The translations under genes and the position numbers were made by a program. A DNA stretch of 42,879 bases from Kiritimatiellia bacterium (lineage in GTDB: Bacteria > Verrucomicrobiota > Kiritimatiellia > B70-G9), in assembly GCA_029934055.1 (NCBI GenBank), contig JAOZMZ010000006.1, forward strand, positions 1 through 42,879, read 5' to 3'. Below the pieces are notes generated by a model. The model searched no databases and had not been told where the DNA came from. It saw only the letters and a list, made by a program, of their open reading frames with translations. Numbering within the stretch: position 1 is the first letter of the stretch; the number at the start of each line of letters is the position of its first letter. This document shows positions 35,543-42,821 of this stretch, piece by piece.

Positions 35543-36025
35543 ATGTATTATTCAATGACCAGAGAGCTGAGCGAAAAAATCGAAACCCTCCTATCCGACC
35601 TGCTCGTGCGGGCTGAAGCCGACGCAGTATTCCTGTGTGACCGCGGCGGCAACATCATGGCCCAGAAGACCACCGAACACTATGTTCACGAAGAAAACAT
35701 CGCAGCCCTGGCCGCCGGATCTTTTTTCGCCACCAGGGAACTTGCACGGTTGATCGGCGAACCGGAATTCAAGTATATTTTCCACCGCGGAGACCGCACC
35801 AGTATCTACATGCAACATACCCCGCTGGATATGTTGCTGATGGTGGTATTTGGAAAGGCCTCCAATCCGGGCATCGTGAGGCTGTACGCGGAGGAAACCG
35901 TCCGTTCCCTGGCCCCGCATATCGAGAAAATCGCCGGCCCGGATGAGACAGTGGGCCTGAATATCGAAATAGACCGGAGTCAGGAACCTTTCAAACGTGC
36001 AACCGAGCCCGAAAAAACAGGATAA
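35543..36025 (+). CDS. mglB: Roadblock/LC7 protein MglB (MglA GTPase-activating partner)
   Basis: ADAVFLCDRGGNIMAQ...NIAALAAGSFFATRELARLIGEPEFKYIFHRGDRTSIYMQ...MLLMVVFGKASNPGIVRLY parallels my recollection of Myxococcus MglB (AKVVFLVDKNGQLIS..LASLTAGNVAAMGGLAKLIGENEF..FHEG..LVVIFD..LGLVRL). It starts 5 nt after the mglA stop. Confidence 0.88.
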   Translation: MYYSMTRELSEKIETLLSDLLVRAEADAVFLCDRGGNIMAQKTTEHYVHEENIAALAAGSFFATRELARLIGEPEFKYIFHRGDRTSIYMQHTPLDMLLMVVFGKASNPGIVRLYAEETVRSLAPHIEKIAGPDETVGLNIEIDRSQEPFKRATEPEKTG

Positions 36026-36827
36026 CCAAAAAAACGATTCGGAAGCCTCCGCTGCCGGCGGACCCCCTCCCGGACACGGCAGCGCGGAATATTTCCTGCT
36101 CCTGATGGGAGTCGTCATTCCCTTGCCGGAAAACAAGGAAACCGTACTGGGCCGCGATGAAGACTTGTGTGACGTGGTCCTCGTTGATCACCGTGTCAGT
36201 AAACGTCACGCCACGATCTTCTTCCGCAGCGGCCGATTCTTCATAAGTGACCTCGAAAGCCTCAATGGCACCTTCCTCAATGGACATCAGCTCAAACAAA
36301 CCGCTCCGTTGGTCGCCGACGATGAAATCCTGATAAGGCCCTACAAGATATCATTTGTGGGAAGTGACCATCCGGAAGTGGCCCGCACATCCCGCCGCGT
36401 GTTGGTTTCCAACGCCAGCCGCCATTCCGGCCATTTGGCCGGATCACTGGAAATATTCTCCGTGATAGACGTAATTCAATTGCTGAATGCAACCCGCCAG
36501 AACGGCATCCTGCGCATTACCGATTCCCACCGCCGCGGCGCCAGTCTCGTTTTCGCGGATGGCGAAATAATAGCCGCCACCTACGGGAAACTAGCCGGTG
36601 AAGAGGCGGTCATCGCCGTAGTCCCTCTCCACGAAGGACACTTCGACTTTATGCCGGGGCCACCCCCGAAAACGCCCATCCCCATCCCCAAGAAAACACT
36701 CACCCTCCTCCTGGAGGGCTGTCGGCGTTTGGATGAAGAACGTCCGGCACAAGAAAGCGGCCGGACTGAGGACGAGAAACTCGGCCCGCGCACCCGCCGT
36801 ATCGTCCGTATTTCCGGAAGGAAATGA
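35997..36827 (+). CDS. FHA domain + DUF4388 (PATAN-type) domain protein
   Basis: FHA: TVLGRDEDLCDVVLVDHRVSKRHATIFFRSGRFFISDLESLNGTFLNGHQL. DUF4388-like: GSLEIFSVIDVIQLLNATRQNGILRITDSHRRGASLVFADGEIIAATYGKLAGEEAVIAVVPLHEGHFDF. The only in-frame start I found upstream of the FHA core is GTG 35997, which overlaps mglB by 29 nt. Confidence 0.8.
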   Translation: MQPSPKKQDNQKNDSEASAAGGPPPGHGSAEYFLLLMGVVIPLPENKETVLGRDEDLCDVVLVDHRVSKRHATIFFRSGRFFISDLESLNGTFLNGHQLKQTAPLVADDEILIRPYKISFVGSDHPEVARTSRRVLVSNASRHSGHLAGSLEIFSVIDVIQLLNATRQNGILRITDSHRRGASLVFADGEIIAATYGKLAGEEAVIAVVPLHEGHFDFMPGPPPKTPIPIPKKTLTLLLEGCRRLDEERPAQESGRTEDEKLGPRTRRIVRISGRK

Positions 36828-36841
36828 ATTCCGTAGAGAAT

Positions 36842-38032
36842 TCAATTTCGGACTGCTCCCCTTTCACCTTCCTCCAATACCCGATAGACCTCCCGCACCT
36901 TGTGCTTGAAACTTGCCAGACTGTAACGCGCCGCAACCCTCGCCACCGCCTCCCTGCCGAGCGCCGCCGCCAGCAGCGGCTCCCGGATCCCCCGTAAGAT
37001 ACCCGCCGCCAGGTCTCCGGCCTGGGGATTGACCAGAATCGCACAATCCTGATCCAGAACCTGGGTGTGAGTATCCAGACGCGTCGCCACGATCGGACGT
37101 CCGCTCTGCATGTAGGTGTATATCTTCAAGGCCGTATTTTCACCCCGTATCCGCGGCGAAACCAACACCGTGGCCGCCGTCATGAAAGCCGCCATCTCAT
37201 TCATCGGACGCTTGCCGGCGAAAATGCATACATCCCCCAAATCAAGATCGCTCGCCACTGCCCGCATACGTTCCACCTGCTCGGGCTCGCCCCCCGCCAG
37301 AACAAAACGCACCGCCGGCTCCCGTTCATGAACCAGACGGGCCGCCCGGATCAACAACTCCACCCCCTGGTAACTCTCAAAGTTACCCGTGTAGACGACC
37401 GCCGGTTCATCTCCCAGCCCGAGTTCCTCCCTCAAGCGCCGCGCGCCTTCAATGTCATCCTGAAAAGATGCCTGAATGGGTGCATCTTCGATCTGGACCA
37501 CCCGCGCCGACGGACATCTGCGGCGCACCTCGTCCGACAACCGCTTGCACACGGTCAACACAACGTCCGCGCGGCACATCGCCCGCTTCTCCAAATGTCG
37601 CACCAGTCCGATCACCGGTGCGAGAGTCACGAACCCCGTATACTGCAACTGGTCCGAAATACAGGAATCCATGTCGTATACCAGCCGCGCCCCCGCCATA
37701 CCCGCCAACCATCCGGCAAAAAAAACAGATTCCTCAACCGCATGAATCACATCGTAACCTTCCCGTCGAACAAGACCGAAAGCGTGCAGAAACATGAGAA
37801 GGTCCAAGGGGATCTTGGCCAGTGAAGGGCCCACTTTCACGTCTCGGACAGCGGGCGGACGCCTTACACGATGGATGCGGACCCCGGGTATCTCCAGATC
37901 TTCCCCGAAAGGATAACACAGCAGATCAACCCGGTGCCCGGCTTCCGCCAGGGCGGTAACGACGTTGCGTATATTGATCGGTGTACCGCGAATCCGGAAA
38001 AACGGCTGCGGCGCCAGAAACAACACCTTCAT
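36842..38032 (-). CDS. Glycosyltransferase family 4
   Basis: MKVLFLAPQPFFRIRGTPINIRNVVTALAEAGHRVDLL... and C-terminal VLVSPRIRGENTALKIYTYMQSGRPIVATRL are GT-B/GT4 features. ATG 38032 was chosen over the track start 38062. Confidence 0.85.
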   Translation of the reverse strand: MKVLFLAPQPFFRIRGTPINIRNVVTALAEAGHRVDLLCYPFGEDLEIPGVRIHRVRRPPAVRDVKVGPSLAKIPLDLLMFLHAFGLVRREGYDVIHAVEESVFFAGWLAGMAGARLVYDMDSCISDQLQYTGFVTLAPVIGLVRHLEKRAMCRADVVLTVCKRLSDEVRRRCPSARVVQIEDAPIQASFQDDIEGARRLREELGLGDEPAVVYTGNFESYQGVELLIRAARLVHEREPAVRFVLAGGEPEQVERMRAVASDLDLGDVCIFAGKRPMNEMAAFMTAATVLVSPRIRGENTALKIYTYMQSGRPIVATRLDTHTQVLDQDCAILVNPQAGDLAAGILRGIREPLLAAALGREAVARVAARYSLASFKHKVREVYRVLEEGERGAVRN

Positions 38033-38282
38033 TTTCTCTTCCTGCTGCAGGGCGACCGTCATTACACGGAACCGAATGCATTATTCACGCTCTGCTTGAA
38101 TAATCCACTACAATGATGCCACCGGAAACGCCCACACCCGCCCGCATGAGACCGGCCCGGAACAATATCTACACGCAAGCCCCGTATTCTACGGGAAACC
38201 TGCAGGGAAAAAGCCCCGCACACTGAGGCCCCTCATTCCCACAATTCGTACGAAATCCGGCAAATTCCCCTCTCATACATAT

Positions 38283-38311
38283 TTGACAACTCTCGCCACC
38301 CCTCATACTAT
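38283..38311 (+). promoter_or_regulatory. Near-consensus sigma-70 promoter (TTGACA-17 nt-TACTAT)
   Basis: TTGACA actctcgccacccctca TACTAT lies ~40 nt upstream of ATG 38350, which itself has a GAGGGA RBS. Confidence 0.55.
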
Positions 38312-38349
38312 CGCTTTCATAAAGCTGACAGCATCGCGAGGGAAGAACC

Positions 38350-39177
38350 ATGGCCAAACTGTTGAAGCCGCTGATCGTAGTTCTGCTCGTCCTCAGTATC
38401 GTTTCCCTGGTCTTGGGAATAATGCTCTTCGGCCGCAGAGAAGTCCTCAAAGGCCGCGCCGCAAAATTTGAAGACGCCGTAGTCAAGTTCGCGGAAAAGA
38501 TCCATTTCGAACAGCTTGACCGACAGATGTTGCAGGACTACGCAGCAATGCAAGTACCCCTCGAGCATCTGGCGGCCTTTGCCGACAACCAGTATGAAAA
38601 ACTTCAGAATACCATCCAGGACTTGGACAAGACCCGCGGCGAACTACAGCAGGCCACCAACCGTATCGTCGAACTGACCGCCCATCTGGAGGAAACCCAA
38701 CAGAAAGTCACAGAGCTGCAGGATCAGCTCGAGGCCAAAGACGTCGAACTGGCACAGGCCAACAGCCGCGTCGACCAGTTGACGCAGGACAAGAGTCTCC
38801 TCGAGGAGCAAGTAAGCAAGCTCAATGACAAACTCGTGGCGGCCGAAGAACAAACCCGGGACCTGCAGGACCAGGTGACAACCCTGGAGAATACCGTTCA
38901 AGACATGGAGGTACGCCTGGGCGAACGCTTGGCGGCCCCACTGCCCAAAGGACTCTCCGGCCACGTTCTCGTCGTCGATCCATATTGGAATTTCGTAGTC
39001 CTGGACATCGGCAGCAAGGACGGACTGGCGCCCAGCGCCGAAATGCTCGTGCACCGCGGCGAGAAGCTTGTCGGAAAGGTCCGCATCAGCTCAGTCAAAG
39101 AGAAAATGGCGATTGCTGAAATCGTGAGCGACTGGGAACAAGTCCCCATACGGGAGGGTGACTATGTTCTCTACTAA
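38350..39177 (+). CDS. Membrane-anchored coiled-coil protein with a C-terminal MreC-like beta-barrel-type domain (hypothetical)
   Basis: N-terminal TM helix (LLKPLIVVLLVLSIVSLVLGIMLF). About 130 aa of heptad-rich Gln/Glu/Leu sequence follow (LQQATNRIVELTAHLEETQQKVTELQDQLEAKDVELAQANSRVDQLTQDKSLLEEQVSKLNDKL...). The tail is GHVLVVDPYWNFVVLDIGSKDGLAPSAEMLVHRGEKLVGKVRISSVKEKMAIAEIV...IREGDYV. Confidence 0.8.
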   Translation: MAKLLKPLIVVLLVLSIVSLVLGIMLFGRREVLKGRAAKFEDAVVKFAEKIHFEQLDRQMLQDYAAMQVPLEHLAAFADNQYEKLQNTIQDLDKTRGELQQATNRIVELTAHLEETQQKVTELQDQLEAKDVELAQANSRVDQLTQDKSLLEEQVSKLNDKLVAAEEQTRDLQDQVTTLENTVQDMEVRLGERLAAPLPKGLSGHVLVVDPYWNFVVLDIGSKDGLAPSAEMLVHRGEKLVGKVRISSVKEKMAIAEIVSDWEQVPIREGDYVLY

Positions 39178-39295
39178 AACCCTTGGTATCTTGGCTTTGA
39201 TAGCCGCCGTCTGTTTCCTGATGCTCATCGGGCTTCAGGTGGCGGAACTCCGCGGATACGCGAGCGCTTCCGTCAGTGCCGCTGCCGGCAAGTGA
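39164..39295 (+). CDS. Small single-pass membrane protein (43 aa, below the ORF-track cutoff)
   Basis: My translation: MFSTKTLGILALIAAVCFLMLIGLQVAELRGYASASVSAAAGK. ATG 39164 has GGGAGGG 5 nt upstream and overlaps the end of the coiled-coil gene by 14 nt. Confidence 0.45.
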   Translation: MFSTKTLGILALIAAVCFLMLIGLQVAELRGYASASVSAAAGK

Positions 39296-39304
39296 AACCA
39301 TCCC

Positions 39305-39484
39305 ATGCAATCCTCGAAGTACAGCCGTTGGATCCGTGTCCTGCCTATATTGCTCGTCTTGGCGGCCGCAACCGGTTGCGCGACCGTCGGCAATGAAGCC
39401 GCCCCGGAATCCGATATTCCTTGGAATACACCCCAGCCTTGGGAAGGTGCTCCCATGATTCCGGGACTCAACGGCCAGATGTGA
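39305..39484 (+). CDS. Small lipoprotein (59 aa, below the ORF-track cutoff)
   Basis: My translation: MQSSKYSRWIRVLPILLVLAAATGCATVGNEAAPESDIPWNTPQPWEGAPMIPGLNGQM. It has a signal peptide plus a lipobox-like AATGC. It starts 9 nt after the preceding small ORF. Confidence 0.5.
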   Translation: MQSSKYSRWIRVLPILLVLAAATGCATVGNEAAPESDIPWNTPQPWEGAPMIPGLNGQM

Positions 39485-39510
39485 GCCGCCCGCGACGGGC
39501 GACCCGAGAG

Positions 39511-40407
39511 TCAGGACGTCCGCTTCTTGCGCCCGCGCCCGATGCCCAAATAGTCGGCGATATTCGCCCCCGTGACGACACGCGGCAATATTGATCCCGC
39601 TCCGGCGGTCATGAGCACCTGGACCCCGGGACCATGCCCCGTCAAACGGGAATCACAGTGAATTATCAGCCCGATGCTCACCGCACCTCGGCGAAAACCA
39701 AACCCGAAACGGCAATCCTGATCCATCAAGGCAACGATGTCACCAAGACGCAATCCATCCAGACCGTGCTCGCGCAGGGCACCCATATCCTGCGTCTGAA
39801 TATCATAGTCGCCCTTGAAGCTGTCGTTCTGTCCCACACCGGAACCCATCAGCTCCGGTGGTACCACGGCCGCCACCGGGACTTCCACACGCCCCCCGCT
39901 GCGCAGCCGCACTCTCATGCGCCGTAACAAGCGCGGTGACATGCCGAAAAACTTGATCCCCGGCGCATCCAACAGACTCAATCCGGTCCCCCATGCTCTG
40001 ATCAAAACCTTGTCGTCCATGGTCAGACGTCCCATCACATCCTCCGGAAAATCCACCAGGACATGCTCCACGCCGCCATGACGCCCCGTGACCACACCCC
40101 AGCGGCCGGCTGCCGCCCCGCTGATCAGACGAACCCGATTGCCGACGCATGCGTAAGCATTGAATGCCCGGTTCGGATTGGCATCAAGATGCTCCCGGGA
40201 TGCAGTCAGCGATACCCCCGGCTCAACATGGTCCCCCTCCCACCCAAAAGCCGGGTCCCCTACACGCACATTGTAAGTAATCCCCCCTACCGCCGGAAGT
40301 ATTGCGCACGTCCCCTCCTGGGTGACCTCCCATCCGTAACACTTGGGCGGCATCACCGCCCCCTGCACGGCCATTTCCACCAGGGTGCCTTCGTTCGTAC
40401 GCAACAC
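39511..40407 (-). CDS. DUF4438 domain-containing protein
   Basis: MLRTNEGTLVEMAVQGAVMPP...ILPAVGGITYNVRVGDPAFGWEGDHVEPGVS... matches my recollection of the DUF4438 family (N-terminal L+TN...LV...V.G.V). GTG start with GAGGG 9 nt upstream. Confidence 0.75.
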   Translation of the reverse strand: MLRTNEGTLVEMAVQGAVMPPKCYGWEVTQEGTCAILPAVGGITYNVRVGDPAFGWEGDHVEPGVSLTASREHLDANPNRAFNAYACVGNRVRLISGAAAGRWGVVTGRHGGVEHVLVDFPEDVMGRLTMDDKVLIRAWGTGLSLLDAPGIKFFGMSPRLLRRMRVRLRSGGRVEVPVAAVVPPELMGSGVGQNDSFKGDYDIQTQDMGALREHGLDGLRLGDIVALMDQDCRFGFGFRRGAVSIGLIIHCDSRLTGHGPGVQVLMTAGAGSILPRVVTGANIADYLGIGRGRKKRTS

Positions 40408-40427
40408 TTCCCGCCGCCCTCAATCAC

Positions 40428-40502
40428 TGGAGGCGCGGACCGGATTCGAACCGGTGAATACAGGTTTTGCAGACCCGTGCCTTACCACTTGGCTACCGCG
40501 CC
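40428..40502 (-). tRNA. tRNA-Cys (GCA)
   Basis: Minus strand GGCGCGG UA GCC AAGUGGUAA GGC A CGGGU CUGCAAA ACCUG UAUUC ACCGG UUCGAAU CCGGU CCGCGCC U CCA gives a full cloverleaf. It has anticodon GCA, discriminator U73 (the Cys identity element) and an encoded CCA. Confidence 0.93.
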
Positions 40503-40728
40503 TCCGTCCAGGTAATTCTGATTATTTCCGCGACCGCCCCGGCTCCAATCCGTACAATCCCTGCCGAAATCCTTATTCGATTTCAGCCGGACCGTGAGTA
40601 AACAGGCTGTAAACCCATCCACTCGCCGTACCGGAACGATGACGGCTGTCGTTAATAAAACAGATAACACCGAAATTTCCAGTGAAAAAATGCACCGCCG
40701 CAGCGTCCGGGAGAGAATTCCGGCATGA

Positions 40729-41481
40729 ATGATGCTAAACAGTAGATTTGTGAATACATCGGCACTAATCATTAAGTCGGACGGACGGCGCTCCCCGGCG
40801 CGAAACAGGCTTGGCTGCCGCCTGCGGATTGCCCAGTTCCTGGGACTCCTCCTTTTCCTGAACGCCTGCAACTGCCCCGCTGGCCGGCGCTCGGCATTCC
40901 GGCAGCCCACTCACTATAAAGGGTACCGGCGCCTCCACCTCATCGCCGAACCTCGACTGGTAACCGACGAATACATATCCCCGGAAGAAAAAGCCCGCCA
41001 GGTCTTCGCATGGGGCCCGTTTGGGGCCGAATGGCGCTTCATGCCGGCCGATTTCCGGAAAAGTCAGGCCGGATTCGACTTCGCGGCGCCCTGCGACCTA
41101 TCCAGCCACCGCAGTGAAACCGTCCTGAGCTTTGCCATGAAGCCCCATGCCGCGGACTATTTCCTGGATATCGCCCTGCTGGATGGCCGCCATGGCGATG
41201 ACCGCGTCCTCACCAGCGTGAACATCCACAAATTCCGACTCTGGAAGTACGGTCGCTGGGCCCATTACGGTATACCCCTGACGGCCTTCGGGAACAAAGG
41301 GCGACTACTTCACGAAGGAACCGCGTCTTCCAAAAGATTTCCCGTGGACTGGAAGAACATCGACGGCATACGTCTCATCTCTCACACAAACGTCGAATGG
41401 AACGGCTTCGTGATCATCCGCAACCTGCAGTTCGGCCCCGTCCCCCTGGGTATGCGGTTGCGTTCCGCCATTCCCGACTGA
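40729..41481 (+). CDS. Hypothetical secreted protein or lipoprotein
   Basis: Signal-like segment IAQFLGLLLFLNAC, then a ~190 aa beta-rich body with conserved-looking aromatic residues (WRFMPADF, FRLWKYGRWAHYGIPL, VIIRNLQFGP). No family recognised. A carbohydrate-binding-module-like fold is only a guess. Confidence 0.6.
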   Translation: MMLNSRFVNTSALIIKSDGRRSPARNRLGCRLRIAQFLGLLLFLNACNCPAGRRSAFRQPTHYKGYRRLHLIAEPRLVTDEYISPEEKARQVFAWGPFGAEWRFMPADFRKSQAGFDFAAPCDLSSHRSETVLSFAMKPHAADYFLDIALLDGRHGDDRVLTSVNIHKFRLWKYGRWAHYGIPLTAFGNKGRLLHEGTASSKRFPVDWKNIDGIRLISHTNVEWNGFVIIRNLQFGPVPLGMRLRSAIPD

Positions 41482-41493
41482 CGGTGTACCGCC

Positions 41494-42522
41494 TCAGCGC
41501 ATGTCGCGTGGCGGCGCGGTCGACTCCCGCTTGGACAATGCCCCGGCTATCAATTCCCTCCCCGCATCCAGCTCTCCACGGAAAAGCTGTAACACCACTT
41601 CGCAGGCCCGCCGCCCGAGGGTGTAAAGAGGATGGTGCACCGTGGTCAGCCCCGGCGTAGTAAAACGCGCATCCGGTATATCATCGACCCCCATTATCGA
41701 TATATCCTCAGGCACCTTCAGCCCATGCGTATGCACGTACCGCATCGCGCCGATCGCCATACGGTCATTGGCGGCCATGATCGCCGTTATTGACTGCGAC
41801 TCGGATAAGAGCTTCTCGGCCGCCCGGAATCCGTCCTCTTGACTCCAATCCCGTCCGCCTTCGGTCACCACGATATCCTTCTCCCGGCAGCCCCGGCAGG
41901 TACAGGCCGCTATGAACGCGTCCCGGAAATCCCGCCCGGTATATGTATTTACACCGGCGATCAACCCTATCCGGCAATGTCCCAGTCCGGTCAGGTGCTC
42001 CGCCGCCTGCCGTGCAGAATCCTTGTAGTCGATCATTATGTAATTCAGATCCGTATCAGGGTAATAGTGGTTGACCAAGAGAAACGCGTCTTTGCGGCCG
42101 TCGAATTCCTTCAGGTAAGTGTCCTCCATGGAAGAGGCGATAAAGAGCATCCCGTCCACCCGCCGCGTCTTGAGGATATTGAGGTACTCGCGATTCTGCA
42201 CGAACTTGCGGTTGGCTACGTCCAACATGACCTTGTAATCGTGTTCGGATGCGTAGTCATAGATCCCGCTTACTATTTCCCCGAAATATATATCAGCAAA
42301 TACGTGTCTCAAATGGGGTACAACTACGCTTACCATCCGGCTGGACCGCGACGCCAGCGCCCGCGCCTGCATGTTCGGCTGGTAGCCGAACTTTTCGACC
42401 GCCGCCAGAACCCGCGCCCTCGTCTTGGCACTGATCCGCGGACTGTTGTTGAGTACCAGCGAAACCGTGCTCAGGGAAACGCCGCACTCCCGCGCAATAT
42501 CGCTTATCGTCGTGCGTTTCAT
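41494..42522 (-). CDS. LacI family transcriptional regulator
   Basis: MKRTTISDIARECGVSLSTVSLVLNNSPRISAKTRARVLAAVEKFGYQPNMQARALA is the LacI/GalR HTH, followed by a periplasmic-binding-protein-like sugar-binding core. Confidence 0.92.
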   Translation of the reverse strand: MKRTTISDIARECGVSLSTVSLVLNNSPRISAKTRARVLAAVEKFGYQPNMQARALASRSSRMVSVVVPHLRHVFADIYFGEIVSGIYDYASEHDYKVMLDVANRKFVQNREYLNILKTRRVDGMLFIASSMEDTYLKEFDGRKDAFLLVNHYYPDTDLNYIMIDYKDSARQAAEHLTGLGHCRIGLIAGVNTYTGRDFRDAFIAACTCRGCREKDIVVTEGGRDWSQEDGFRAAEKLLSESQSITAIMAANDRMAIGAMRYVHTHGLKVPEDISIMGVDDIPDARFTTPGLTTVHHPLYTLGRRACEVVLQLFRGELDAGRELIAGALSKRESTAPPRDMR

Positions 42523-42821
42523 ATCAGCGTGTCAGCCTTGACTGTCGATTCAGAAAAGCATAGAGCCAGACCGCAGTCAAGCGGTTAACCCAATACGGCG
42601 ATTATGTACCGCCAAGACGCTGCTCAGACCAAACCACCCACCCTCATCAAGGCCGTCGGCGGCCAATCGTTCCATCCCCGGCGGGTGCGAAATCCAAGCC
42701 GCGGATCGCCATACCGACCACCCGGCCCGACGCCGCCCGCAGGCAAAAACAATCGTTAGCTTTTTTGTTGCCCGTCGCGGGCGTTGTGCTAATTTACCGC
42801 ACATGCCTCTGGAAACTAGGT

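Noticed and set aside
39487-39501. Small GC hairpin (CGCCCG-CGA-CGGGCG) between the convergent lipoprotein and DUF4438 genes, as a bidirectional terminator
   Set aside because: The stem is only 6 bp and there is no U or A tract on either side. That is insufficient to call an intrinsic terminator.
31300-40502. Genomic island integrated at tRNA-Cys
   Set aside because: There is no integrase, recombinase or transposase, and I could find no direct repeat of the tRNA-Cys 3' half. GC-rich genes are interspersed in the stretch. It is kept only as a low-interest compositional observation.
42577-42804. 75 aa minus-strand ORF between the LacI gene and tRNA-Glu
   Set aside because: It has no RBS and gives an Arg/Ala/Gly-rich product. 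The region is better explained as the tRNA-Glu upstream region (a weak TTGTTG-17-GCTAAT promoter candidate at 42765-42793) plus the LacI promoter region.
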